Below, one piece after another: positions 14,116 through 30,790 of a stretch of DNA of 64,000 nucleotides. A model generated the notes under the pieces. That model worked only from the letters and a program-made list of their open reading frames with translations, did no database searches and was not told where the DNA came from. Source of the stretch: the human T2T-CHM13v2.0 reference genome, Homo sapiens; NCBI RefSeq assembly GCF_009914755.1, contig NC_060941.1; one strand, written 5' to 3'. A program made the translations under genes and the position numbers. The stretch's first letter is position 1; each line of letters begins with the position of its first letter.

Positions 14116-14850
14116 TAGAAAAATATGTACACCGTGGACTCGTGGGAGCCAGGATAAGCGGGGTCCAGCCCAGCACCTTATCACCTCCGTCAGCATCCCC
14201 AGGAAGAAAGGCGTGGGCAGAGAAATCACTGCTGCTGAATGCTCAGTGGCTCTACCCAGCTCAGCCCCTGGCCTGTCTGGTTTTCACGGGGGGTTCTGAA
14301 ACTCTGAAATATGGAATGTTAAGACTCCTCTTCCAGTGGCTTCAGTGAAAAACAGTTTAAATGGCACAGCCACACAGAGCCCATCCTAGGAGGCTTGTCT
14401 CTACCAACCCCCTCCATTTGCTTCCCTTTTCCAGTGTTCCAAGAGGAAAGAAGGCCGAGTATAGGCAGCAGTGGACTCAGGTCTTGTTTCAGATAGGATG
14501 GCAGGAGCTGATTCAGTTCTTAGGACCTCTGAGGAAGAACAACCACAACCTGCTCTTGTGGCTTTTCTTCTACTGGTTCTAGCCATCTGGGCTTCAGAAA
14601 TGTAAAAGGTACAGAGCAGAGCTCTCAACTCCAGCTGCTCATTAAAATCATCTGAGTAGTGTTGCTAATTCTTTTAATATAAAAGCACCAACACCCACCC
14701 CATATCTTCTGATTTATCTCATCTGGAGTAAGGCTTGAGTATTTTTAATACATGTTATTAACATTCAGCTAGGGTTAAGTAGCCTGAGCTGGGGCAGAGT
14801 CATTGACCTATTGTCCAAAAGGATGGAGATCCCAAATAGTCCAACCCTCA

Positions 14851-15273
<423 letters not shown>

Positions 15274-17005
15274 AAGATGAGAAAACTGGAACGCAGAAAA
15301 ACTTACGGATTTGTCTGTGATCGCAGGGCTAGTTAATTGCACCAGTAAGCTTAGAATCTGTTCTCTGTGACTTGTAGTCAAGCGCTTTTTCTGATGCACC
15401 ATACTGATTCTTGTGGTCTGAGAAGCAATGACATTAAACACATTTGACCTTTTTGAACTTTCCTCTGACAAGGGCTTGGGCACTCAGGTACTCAGCCCAG
15501 GTCCCTTTATTTCCATAAGGAAGTTCCTAATGTTTATATTAGAAGAAGACAAAACAAGGCTTGATATTGCTTCCTGCCCGCATCAGTAGTAAGTTGTCTT
15601 TGAAACATCTTTCTCCTCCAGTCTCAGAGAAAATGTTTTTTTGACTTGGCATGCTCACAGATTAAAAAAAAAAAAAAGGATGATTAAATTTGCTTTTAAG
15701 TTACCAAATGCACCATGCAGGTCTGTAATTGACCATGAGAGTGTCAGGGAAAATATGATCTATCCCCTATAAATCAGGAAACCTTAAACAGGCTCTCTAA
15801 TCGTAAATGCCGATCCTGGCAGTGTCCAAAAAGGCTCATGTTTATAAATTGTTCCCTGATGTTTTAAGTAAGTGCACAAACACAAATCATACTAAGGACT
15901 TCAGAAAAGACTTAGCTGTGTGGCAATTTATTATAAGCAGTGTAATTTTCATCAGTCAGGCAGCCATGGACTGTAATTACCTCTCTACCGAAAGAGTTAC
16001 AATTGCTTTCATTACATTTTCCTAGTCATGTGCTTCTCTGGATTGCCACAGAGACACTGGCTGGAAAATGCATTTATTTATTGTTAGTCCTCCTAATGGC
16101 TCATTACTTGGTTTCTAAAGACGTTATCAAGTCACTTGCTTTCCCTACTCTTCCCCACCCCCGCCAGTGACATTTATAGAAGACAAAAGAGACACAACTT
16201 GAAAACCGACAGCACATGTCAAGCACCCGAAAACTGCCCAGCATCTACAGACAACCAACTCTGGTTTGAGGAGTCCCTGTTAGGCTGGCTAAAGTTCAAA
16301 TGCTGAAGATTAATTAAAACCACACTCCACTGAACACAACTACCAGCCTCCCAGTCACAACTGAAAAAGAAACCGCATTTTGTTCCCTATAGTTAGAGCT
16401 TTACAGGAACATTTAGAGGACTGGGAAAGCAGTCTCCAATCCTGTCTCCCACATGGGCGGGTGCATTTAATTAGAGGGCCATGTCGCACCTTGGACTTCA
16501 AACAGGCAAAGGCAGGGGATGTGTTCACCCTTCTCCTATCCCCACTACCTCCCAATACCATAAAGAGAAAACTGGAGACAGAGATGGTGAGTTGGGAGGG
16601 TGGGAATGAATTGGTTGAGGAGTAGACCCTGTCTACACAGTGGCGGATGAGTTTTATCAAGCCAAATCATTCTGTCAGTCATTGAGGAGGGGTTTGCTTC
16701 TTGCTTAGAGGAAGAGACAACTGTGGGTCACATTCCATAGAAATCTTCCCACGTGTGTGCTCATCTCTTCCCTGCTGTGTCCTCATAACTCTGCCACTCA
16801 GCAGCTATGACTCTGAGCAAGACACTTAACCTTGGCGAACCTCTGCTCCCTGAAGAGCTACTGAGGGGTCAACAGTGGGAATTCCAAACTGTCACTATTT
16901 CCACTGTCAGATCAAACTTGGGGCACATGAGAAAGGGAAGGGGCTATGTGCAAACTCCAGGAGAATTCCTTTCCGTGTGGTTTTTCTTCTCGTTTTTACC
17001 TTTTA

Positions 17006-17118
17006 TTTATTTTTATTTATGTTTATGTTTTAATTTTACTTTAAGTTCCAGGATACGTGTGCAGAATGTGCAGGTTTGTGACATAGGTATACATGTGCCA
17101 TGGTGGTTTGCTGTACCT
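17006..17118 (-). mobile_element. Severely 5'-truncated primate L1PA 3' end
   Basis: TTTAAGTTCCAGGATACGTGTGCAGAATGTGCAGGTTTGT...GCCATGGTGGTTTGCTG; 14-bp TSD GTTTTTACCTTTTA (16992, 17119). Confidence 0.9.
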
Positions 17119-17246
17119 GTTTTTACCTTTTAAATTGGAATCCATGTCACTACACACAGAAGTAGGAGCCCTACCTAGGAACTCCTCTGTAGTAGTGTTG
17201 AGAAAAGAGATGGTGTACTATATAGTCTAGAAACACAGAATGCTAA

Positions 17247-17599
<353 letters not shown>

Positions 17600-18155
17600 T
17601 GTGTTCTTATTTTATAATTAAGAAAACTAAGCCCCAGAGAAGCTCAGTAATGTGTCAGAGTCACAGAGCTGCTTAATCACCAGTACAACAACTACCAGTC
17701 TAGACTTTACCCTACCAAATTATCCCTTCCTGACACACCTGGGTGAGTGACAGGGCTGTGGTAAGGAATACAATTCTCCTGACTTTGTTCCTGCACACCA
17801 CAGAGTACCCATCTTCTTGAGCGTGCATTGAAAGTAGCTTAAAACAGGGGATCCAGTAAATGTTGGCTAAATCCGGATGCTCTGTTTTCCTTCTAGAGCC
17901 CTCCCTTAGAATTACTCATAGGTCTGAACCCGGGAATAAAATCATACTCTTCCCATTAAGATGGAGCCCTGAGGATGCCTGCCATGTAGCATGAGCCATG
18001 GCCAGGCATGCATGTCCTCTTTGTGGTCAGCCACTGGGAAGCCTAGGAGTGGACGTATCCCCCCTTGAACTACTTCCCATGAGAGTGGGGGACAGTCACA
18101 ATTTCATTCCACCTTAAGGAGTCCCCATTGGCTGTGCCACAAATAGTTAAAACTA

Positions 18156-18520
<365 letters not shown>

Positions 18521-19615
18521 TTATAAGGCTGGTTCATTCAGGGTAAAAATTTCTGCTTTTTATTTGTCAAATGGAAGAGCTCTTGCTGTTGGATGAGTCT
18601 CTCACTTCTGCAGAAATCCTATACCCTCCATTTCCTCCCATTTGCTTGCATTTCACAAATGGCCACATCATTTTGTCAAATTGTGGAGCCACTTGGAAAT
18701 TGGGCGTAGAGTTTTGCATAATCATTCATGTCATGCCTGTGACACTCTGTGATTATACATAATGGTCTCTGAGGAGTCCTGCTGCAGGGGAATGCTACCT
18801 GGTCTGCCTCAGAGCCAGGTCTCATTACAAGCATTTTATAGAGCAGGACACTGAGGGAAAATAGCTATGTCTATAGCCCCTGTGTAGACAAGCAGGAAAA
18901 GCAGGAAGCTCAGCATTAAGCAGTGGGTTAATGTCAGGAAAATGAAATTGTAGACTTGTCTGAAATTAACCTTCTTAAAAATTATTTCAGTTCAATTGAC
19001 TTCTGTGCCTAGACACAAAGGCCAAATTTCACTAAAATTTCACAACAAAGAAACAAAAGTTAGTTCTTGCTGCAGGACAGTTTCTCTTCTCTGAAGGAAA
19101 AGACTTAAGCATTTGTTAAGAGTGGAAAGACGTCATCAACAGTAGATCTTGGGTGATGGGTACATAGGATTTCATTACTATCCTCTTCACTTCTCTGTAT
19201 AATTGATACTTTTTATATTAAAACGTTTTCTTATAAAACATGTAATGTATCTCTTTGGTTGTTTGTTGGAATGTTTGACCCTATATTGAATTTCAGACTG
19301 TGTAGAAAAATAAATGCACCCCAGCAAATCCCAGCGAAGCCAAATCTCCATAAAGATGGGGCAATGAAAGAGCAAAGGTATTTTGTGCCTCCTTTTCTGG
19401 GAAGGGCCCCATGGAGGCAGCAAATCACCAGAGAAGAGAAGGCAGCGTGGTATGTCAAGGTACATGAGTTGTATACAGTCTTGTAGACTTTCCCAGAACC
19501 TGCCTTAGTTACAGAGATGCAAAATGCGTCACACACACCCAGGAGTGGCATAGACACTGTAGAAATGGCTATTGCACCAGAAAGGGCCTCACAAGAGAAA
19601 CAGGAAACAATCTCA

Positions 19616-19900
19616 GGCCGGGAGTGGTGGCTCACGCCTGTAATGCCAACATTTTGGGAGGCCAAGGCAGGCGTTCGAGACCAGCCTTGCCAACATGGTG
19701 AAACCCCGTCTCTACTAAAAATACAAAAAATTAGCTGGGCGTAGTGGCGGGCACCTGTAATTCCAGCTACTCAGGAGGCTAAGGCAAGAGAATCACTTGA
19801 ACCCGGGAGGCGGAGGTTGCAGTGAGCCAAGATCGTGCCACTGCGCTCCAGCTCAGGTGACAGAGCAAGACTCCATCTCAAAAAAAAAAAAGAAAGAAAG
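19616..19900 (+). mobile_element. AluS with internal left-arm deletion
   Basis: GGCAGGCGTTCGAGACC lacks the GATCAC...GGTCAGGA segment; TSD GAAACAATCTCA. Confidence 0.93.
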
Positions 19901-20235
19901 AAACAATCTCAGCAAATGCTGTGTAGCAAGATGACATCAAGGGCATGATGTCCCTAGAACATCAATGGAACCCCAAGAAACAGGAAGAAAATTTCCAGAA
20001 ATGACAAGCATTATCTTTCCAATAGCCAGGTAGTAGATATTGAAATAAATCAGGTTATAGAAAAACAAAATTGCATTTATTGCACACTTGATTGTGTAAA
20101 CTAAGTTTCGCCCCTTCCACACGTGCCTTCCCAGAGAGTCACCATCTCTCCCCCTCTGAATGCTACTCAATTCTCAAGTTTCTGTCTAAAAACCACTTCT
20201 ACCATGGATCCTTCTTTTAGGACTCTAACCCGTAC

Positions 20236-20948
20236 TGACATCGTTTGGATATTCTCCCCTCAAAATTTCATGTTGAGGTCGGTACAGAGGCTCATGTGTA
20301 TGATCCAGCACTTTGGGAGGCTAAGGCAGGTGGATCACTTGAGCCAAAGTCAAGACCAATCTGAGCAACATGGCAAAACCTCATCTTTACAAAACATACA
20401 AAAAGTTAGTCAGGCATGGGGGTGCACACCTGTAGTCCCAGTTACCCCAGAGGCTGAAGTGGGAGGATCACCTGAGCCCAAGAGGTCAAGGCTGCAATGA
20501 GCTGTGATCAGGCCACTGTACTTCAGCCTGGGTGACACAGTGTGACTCTGTCTCAAAAGAAAAAACAAATCTCATGTTGAAATTTGATCCCCAATGTTGC
20601 AGGTGGGGCCCGGTGGGAAGGGTTTGGGTTATGGGAGTGGATCCTTCATGGCTTGATTCTGTCCTTGGGATAGTGAGTGAGTTCTTGTGAGATGTGATTG
20701 AGTAAAAGTGAGTAACACCTCCCCTCCCCCACCTTTCTCGTGCTCCCACTCTGACCATATGAGACACCTGCTCCTCTTTCACCTTCCCCTAGGGTTGTAA
20801 GCTTCCTGAGGCCTCCCCAGAAGCCAAGCAGATGCCAGCATCATGCTTCCTGTACAGCTGCAGAACTGTGACCCAACTAAACTTTTTTTCTTTATAAATT
20901 AGCCAGCCTCCGATATTTCTTTATAGTAATGTAAGAACTGCCTAACAC
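20236..20948 (+). mobile_element. MSTB-like LTR interrupted by an AluJ (20277-20566)
   Basis: LTR termini TGAC...CTAACACA; Alu TSD AAAT(T/C)TCATGTTGA. Confidence 0.88.
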
Positions 20949-21339
20949 ACCTACTTAATCCTTAATTCTCTCCCCTCTTAATTTCTATAATACCTCCTCT
21001 GTCCCCTCTGGTTTCAGAGCTTGTGTGTCTCCCTGCTCACTCTTGTCTCAGGTGCTAGACTTACTTCTCCATAGATTGTAAATTCTACAGAACTGGGATT
21101 GCATTGTATATTTTGAAGACTGCTCTAACTCAGTTTAACACCCATCTTTGCTTACAATCTTCTCTAGTGATTACAATCTGTATCATCATCATGTCTAATA
21201 TTTATAATATCTATATTACGGTTACCATATTGGGATATTATTGGCATTGTGCCTATTTGATATTTAATTATAACAGTATACATAATATCTCTATGTTAGT
21301 GAAACCACAGAGCAGTAGCAATCTCTACAAGATGCCATG

Positions 21340-21825
21340 GGAAGTGGCAGACACTTTCATTTGTGTGTTTCTACACCTGGTCTCGGTTCCTTCCATCTTT
21401 GTTCATCTCTGCTCTAGAAGGGAAAGAAATGCTATACTCACTGTTCCAGCCCCCTCTGCAGCTAGTAGCTGCCAGGAGATACCAGCTTGATCAATGAGAT
21501 GGAATACAAAGTTTGCTGGGGACTTCTGGGAAAGCTTTTACTCTTCCCAATATTGGGAGCCAATGTGCCTGCAAACCTCTTCTTTTTCCTTCTTCCTGCC
21601 TGTCTTGTGGATTCTGGATATGATACCTACATTTGGGGTAGCGACCTTGTGATCATGAAGAAGAGGGAAAAGAAATGGCAGAGTTTCTGGTTTGACTTCA
21701 CTGAGCAGCTGAACCAATGCTGGCAGTCATGTACCTCCAGACTTCTTGCTGTATGAGAAAACACACCCTATTTTCCTAAATCATTGTTGATGGGAATTTC
21801 TTTTGCAGCAAAAAGCATTTTGATA
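21340..21825 (+). mobile_element. Old MaLR/ERVL LTR (MLT1J/LTR33-like)
   Basis: GGGACTTCTGGGAAAGCTTT and ACCTCCAGACTTCTTG...TGCAGCAAAAAGCAT. Confidence 0.6.
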
Positions 21826-21829
21826 TAGA

Positions 21830-23819
<1,990 letters not shown>

Positions 23820-23820
<1 letters not shown>

Positions 23821-24410
23821 AGGAGGACAAAAGTTTTCTGTAAAGGGCCAACTAGTAAATATTATAGGATCTCTGTCATGTATTATTGTTTGTGTCATAT
23901 ATTAATGTCTGTCACATTATATTATTTGGTTGTTTACAACTCAAAAAAACATGTAAAAACCATTCTTAGCCATTCTTAGCTCCTAGACCATACAAAAACA
24001 GGCCGTAACCCAGATTTGGCCAACTGGCTTTAGTTTGCCAGCTCCTAGTGCTTCTCAACCCTAGCTAAACATTAAAACATTAGAGTACTTTAAAAAGAAA
24101 TACTTGTGCCTGGGCCCACCCTAGACCAGTTAAATTTAAAGCTCTGTGTTGAAACTGAGCAGTGGTGATATTGAAAAACACCCCAGCCATTCCCAATGTT
24201 CAGTCATAGTTGGGAATCATTGCAGCAGACCAGAGGTCCTCAACGTGTGCTCCTAGGACTAGCTCAGCATCACCTGGGAACTGGTTGGAAATGAAAATTC
24301 TTGAGTCCCACCCCAGACCCATTGAATTAGAACTCCGGAGGTGAGGCCCAACAATCAGTGTTAACAGGTTATACTGGTGATTCTTAATGGCACTCAAGAT
24401 TGAGAACCCT
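23820..24410. mobile_element. Cluster of hAT MITEs: MER58, MER5B-like, MER5A
   Basis: TTTTCTGTAAAGGGCCA; GTGCCTGGGCCCACCCTAGACCAGTTAAAT; AGCATCACCTGGGAACTGGTTGGAAATG. Confidence 0.72.
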
Positions 24411-25496
24411 TGTAAGAGAAAAACCTGTGACTGAAGATAAGAGAAGCAGTTTCCAAGAGGACATAATCATAAGTATTATCTTTCACTGTTTGTAAAACTA
24501 CTATGAAAAGATAGAATCACAATCCCCAGAATGCCTGGAAATGCATTTTTAACAGATGACTCTTGTTGATTGTGATAACCAAAGAAGTTCAAGACACGTT
24601 GATAACAAGAAATGAACACACACACACACACACAAATATTAAAAATAAAAATGATATAAAACCATAGACTCAGATTTGATTTCTTAATTATTAGAGAAAT
24701 CTGTATAGAAGACAATATAACAAATTTGAAGACCTCAAAGACCTTCCCCTCCGCAACCCCCAAACAGCCCAGAGTATGTTATGAGCAATTTCCTTCATAC
24801 CATCAAGGAACAGATAATTCCCATAAAGAGAACTGGCATCTAAATCTAAAGCTGGAGATCAAGCTGTTGGCACCAAATTGTCAAGATTAGAATCTATTCA
24901 ATATGAAGGTTAACCAGATAACTCAGGGCTCAAGCCCAGACAGGACCCAAGACATCAACAATACAAAAGATGTTGTCAACCAGCTAGGTGTCAGAGGAAG
25001 ATAGCATTTTATGAGAAGATTGGCCATTAGCTTTGAAATGAACTCAGCATTACAACTGCTTCTAGGAGCTGGTTCAAAGCTGGAAGATTTGTTTTGTCTG
25101 CCAAGAAGAGGTTTCTGTTCATCTGAGATTTTAGAGAAGTACAAGAGAAGAAACAAAAAATCAGGAATGTGGTGAGACTAAGAAGGAACTCTGGTTTTGA
25201 TCTCTATACAGTAAGAGACTTGTCATCAGCTTAAGGGTTGGGTGTGGCACTTAAATCAAAGGGGAAATCTGAAAAAATTACCATGGGAAAATGACTTGGG
25301 GAAATTCATGAATGACGAGCAGTAGGACTGCCAAGGAGAGTAGATGAAACCAGGCCAGGTGCACCTGGATATGGGACTCTCTTTATTCCTTCTCTGCCAC
25401 ATGGAAAAATATGACAAGTCCAGGGCTGATATCAGACAGGGCCATTTTAGAGGAAAAAGGGGAAGTTTATACCAGAGGGCAAGAGGCCTGAATGAA

Positions 25497-25891
<395 letters not shown>

Positions 25892-27245
25892 TCATCAACT
25901 GAAAGCCAATGATTAAAGAGCTGATTAAAGGTGCATGAAATTAAGTGAATGAGAGTCAACTCCACACCTATTTATTGATCACTTGCTGAGTGCTGACATT
26001 TTGCCAGAGAGTGATGGCGTGTGCTCCTTGATCTTGGGAAGTATAACATCTTCTTGAGGCATGTCCAGTGAAGACAAGGAAGCAAACAATGAACTAATCC
26101 ACCAGGGAAAATAAAATAAAGATGAAAAACAGGGATCCCAGCAAATGTATTCTTCAAGAGCAGAGGAAAGAGGAACTAAGCATCAGGGAGAAGAATTTTG
26201 GAAGAGAAACCTTCCAACATGAGGAAATAGCCTGAGTAACCTGTCTGAGAGTACAGGCCTTGGGCAGGAAACACCAAGCTCACTGCAGGTAGTTCACTGC
26301 TGGTTTGCACCCAGGTGTTGGGAGAAGGGGGTAACAGGAAGGCTTGTTTGTTCCACCCAGTGCCTTTTTCTTAAAAACTTAAATGTGAATGCCTTTAAAA
26401 TAGGGTCTTACTTTCTCTAATTTTTCATTGGCCCCACTGATCTCTATAATATTAAAGTTCATCGGCTACCCTTGTGCATGTCATTTGTTTGACCATTGAA
26501 GTCATCTGAGTGTGTGGCCTCTAAAGCAGGCCACTGGTTCTGAGTTTAGAGTCCATGGAGGTTTGAGGTCAGAGTGACCCAAATTCTATGCCAAAAGAAC
26601 AAAACAAAAACAAACAAAGCTCATGTTTTATTTAGTGTGAGGAGTGGCCACATGGGGTGTGCAGTTAGTTGGGCTGCACTTTATGAAGACAAGTCATAGT
26701 GATCTAAAAAAGTAAGGAGGTCTACAGGCAGGGAAACACCACAAAGCCATTGTTTCCACTGAGGCAAGGCATAGGGAGGGCCAGAAATGGGGAATAAGCC
26801 GAGAATGAAAATACAGGAAGGAACATGGAATCCCTTGCAGTTGTAGAATTAGCAACTGTGGGTAACTACTTGCAAGGAGAGAAATAAGAACTGAAGTGGA
26901 GATCACTTGGAGGTTTCATCTGAAGCCTTATAAATGGTGTCATCATGAACTAAAATGGAATGTAGCACATTTAGGCAGGATTGTCTGGTAAGGAAGCATC
27001 ACATGTATGTCCTAGAGTCTACCGGCATGTTCGTCAGTTAATCATCCTATGTAACACCGATTTTGTCTTCATATTCCCCACTCCCCCAGTCTTCCTTATT
27101 TCTGCTGAGGATGCTGTTCTTTCCATCCTCTAGAATTATAACTCCAGAATCCTGTTAACACTTTCTTTTTGTTCTCTTTTTACAACGTCAGTTACCAAAT
27201 TTTCTTGAATTCCTTTTTTTGTATTTTGTATTATGCATTTCTTTC

Positions 27246-27590
27246 TTATTTTATTTTATTTTATTTTATTTTATTTTATTTTATTTTATTTTATTTTATT
27301 TTATTTTATTGAGACAGAGTCTTGCTCTGTCACCCAGGCTGGAGTGCAGTGTCATGATCCTGGCTCACTGCAACCTCTACCTACTGGGTTCAAGCAATTC
27401 TCGTGCCTCAGCCTCCTGAGTAGCTAGGACTACAGGTGTGCACCACCACGCCTGGCTAATGTTTTTATTTTTAGTAGAGACGGGGTTTCACCATGTTGGT
27501 CAGGAAGGTCTCGATCTCCTGACCTCGTGATCTGCCAACCTCAGCCTCCCAAAGTGCTAGGATTATAAGAGTGAGCCACCGCGCCTGGCC
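27246..27590 (-). mobile_element. AluS with a (TTTTA)n pentanucleotide tail
   Basis: About 12 TTTTA units followed by a reverse Alu; TSD TGCATTTCTTT. Confidence 0.95.
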
Positions 27591-28119
27591 TGTGCATTTC
27601 TTTTTAATCATTCTGTCTACTACCTGATGATTCTAGATCCTCAATATGTCATCCTCAGTTTACCACAATAGCCACCCAGCTAGTTTCCCTGCAACCAGTC
27701 CCTTGCTCCCTTCAATATTTCCTCCAGATTCATCTTCCAAACTCTCATATTTATCTCATTATTACTCCCTCTAATCAATGTTTCATGCCAACAGAGCAAC
27801 TCCACATCACCCAAGGAAATTTTCTAAACTCCCTCTAGGTTCTCTCCAATCCAGCTCTACGTTTCCAGTTTTATCTTTTACTACTACTTCCACTTGAATC
27901 AGATTAATTTCCTAAATTTGTTTTGCTCAGTCTGTAAATTTGCTTATGTGTCTCCTCTCTGTGCAAAGTCCTTTTTTTTCCGTTTCAATCCAAACTTTCA
28001 GACCCAGCTAAATCTCTGTCTTATTGAAAAGGCTGCCCTTCAGTAAAATTATCTGTTCCATCTTGAATCTCAGCTTTTTGACCCTACCATTTAAATAGGC
28101 ATTTATAGATTCCCTGCAG

Positions 28120-28418
28120 TATTTATTTATTTATTTATTTATTTATTTATTTGAGACAGGGTCCCATTGTCACCTAGTCTGGAGTGCGGTGGCTCAATCA
28201 TGGTGTACGGCAACCTCCACCTCTCAAGTGATATTCCTGGCTCAGCCTCCTGAGTAGCTGGGACCACAGGCACATACCACCACACCTGGCTAATTTTTGT
28301 ATTTTTTGTAAAGATGGGATTTTGCCATGTTGCCTGGGCTGACCTGGAATTCCTGGGCTCCACCCACCTCGGCCTCCCAAAGTGCTGAGATTACAGGCAT
28401 GAGCCACCTTGCCCAGGC
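28120..28418 (-). mobile_element. AluJ with a (TTTA)n tail
   Basis: Reverse Alu with J-type features. Confidence 0.9.
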
Positions 28419-28734
28419 TCGTACTTCTTATATTGTTGCCTTTGTTTGATATTAATTCATATTAATCTTATTTCCCCAATTCGATTATTTGTTCACTGAG
28501 ATTTTACGTTACATTCCTTAAAATTTCTCAAAGAACTCAAAGTGATTATAAAATCAATGTTGGACACTCAATGTATATTTATAGAATGAATGAATGATAT
28601 TATGTTTATAACACTCTTAGAGGTGCCATTCATTCTTGCCAGAATGGGGATCAGGCAAAACAAGTAGAGACTTACAAGGGTAGGTTGCATGATGAGTTAT
28701 TAATATGGATGTGGCCTTGTCCACGTAGGGTGGT

Positions 28735-29540
28735 TTTATGATTCAAGATAGGACAGTTTATACTGTGGTAACACACAATTCCAAAATCCCAGTGGCTCGT
28801 CTTAACAAAGGCTATTTTATCATTCACTTTATATGCCCAATCTGTATAAAGGGAGGAGGAGCAGAGAGTTTTGCTCATGAGAATTCCTCAGGGATTGAGG
28901 CTGATGGAGGCTCTTATTACATTTATCCATAGCCACCATGCCAGGAGCAAGAGAATGAGGTCTACCTTGCACTGGCTCTTAAAACTCCTGCCTGAAAGTG
29001 ACACTTCCACTCAGTTTTCATGAGCCACACCAATCTTGAAAGATGGCAGGAAGTTACCTTTTGACCACATGTCCAGGTGGAGTGAAGGACCAGATTACTT
29101 ATGACTACCACAGGTGCTAGTGTTGGCTAAGAAAAGTATGCCAACCATGTTCTTTAGTTTCAGCCAACAAACTCAACTCTGGTTAATGTTAACAAAAAAG
29201 GAATTAATTGGGAGGGTACAGAGTAGCTTACAGAATTAAAGGAAATCTACCTTGAAGAGAACAAGACCAAAGTCAACCCTGGGCATACAGATAAAGAACC
29301 ATAGTGACAGGCTCTTTAGACCACTTCCAATTGTGTGAATCAGCCACAACCATGTATTCTGTCTTTGTATTATTTGTTTAGCTTTCAAATTCTTAGGTGA
29401 GAGCATCTAATTGGCTGAGCTCAGATGATATGCTAACCTTCCCCAGGGATGGAAGGGCACCTGGAACTACAGCTCCACTAAGACTGTCTGCAACTGAAGG
29501 AAGATCGTAACACAAAGGAAAAACAGGACACTGTTAGAAA
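28735..29540 (-). mobile_element. Two old MLT1-family LTR fragments
   Basis: CCAAAATCCCAGTGGCT...CCTGCCTGAAAGTGACAC; GAGAGCATCTAATTGGCTGAGCTCAG. Confidence 0.55.
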
Positions 29541-30324
29541 AAGAAGGAATAATGGAAGACAGAAAAAATGCTACTCATGTTTAGTGTGCATAGATAATTT
29601 CATAGTAATTTAAAAGGCTAATGGAATCACGACATGCCTATGCAGCAAGAAATTATACAAAGACTGAATTTCTTTATGTCTTATCTAGAGGCCTATAAGG
29701 TTGTACCTTTCTTTTGGTTCATTTCTTCCAAAAATAAGTCTAACTCCCACTTCCTCCTCAAGTGCAAATCCTGTCTTATGGCATTAGCAGCAGCGTGATA
29801 TGATTGTGGGGATAATTAATTTCTAGAATGTAAAGACAAAAGCTTCCCTTTTAGTGAGCAAAGCCAAATGTCTGCTCATTTAAATAGCTTACAACAAATC
29901 TACAACTGACTTCCTCCTGTTTTTCCCAGTGGGAACTAATGCTAAACTGAAATGCCTGGATATGTGGCACTTTGAATGACAAAAGAATAACTAGGGGACA
30001 GATTAGTCATCCCTAAAAACTCTTTCCAAATTTCCAAACTATAAAGCCATATGCAGCAGTTTCAGAACTGGTGACTCAGGACTCATTTGCCAGCAACAAG
30101 AATGTTCTAGGATGCTGTAGACTAAGCCAGAGAAAGACTCCCCCTACCATCAATACCCCCAAAACACTTCATTCAAACAACAACTTAAATGAAAGAGTAA
30201 ACAAATCAGAGATGCTCTATGTGAAAACAAATTTGGAGATTTCTCCTTTAGTTCTTTTCTTCCTAAAAGTGCTTTCTCTCCTTTTCTGCCTGAAATTTTT
30301 GATACATAACACCAATGTTTCAAA

Positions 30325-30790
30325 CTATTGACTTAAGACAGTAGCCATTTGTTTATTTTATAATTCTGGAAGTCAGAAATTTGGGCTGGGCTCAGCTAGC
30401 CAGTTCTTCTGCAGATCTCAGGGGTTATTCCTGCATCTGCAGTCAGCCCATCACCTACTTACAGGGTTTGGCTCTCTGAGATGACAGGGACACCTGGGCC
30501 CCTGTCTCTCATCATTCTGTAGATGAGCCTGGGATTCTTTTCATGAGGGGTAGGCAGGGGTTTCTAAGAACATCCAAAGGGCAAGCCTCAATGCACAAAT
30601 GCTTTTTAAGCTTTTGCTTTCCTTGTGATTGCTAATGTCCCACTGGCCAAGGCAAGTCACATGCCCAAAAAAGATTTAGACAGTAGAGAAACATCTTCAC
30701 CCACCTATGAGGGGAGCTGCAACGGCACAATGCAAGGCTGTGAACAGAAGAATGGGTAGAATCTGTGGCCACTCTTCAATCTTTACAGAA
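30325..30790 (-). mobile_element. MLT1H-like LTR
   Basis: GTCAGAAATTTGGGCTGGGCTCAGCT...CCCACTGGCCAAGGCAAGTCACATGCC. Confidence 0.7.
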
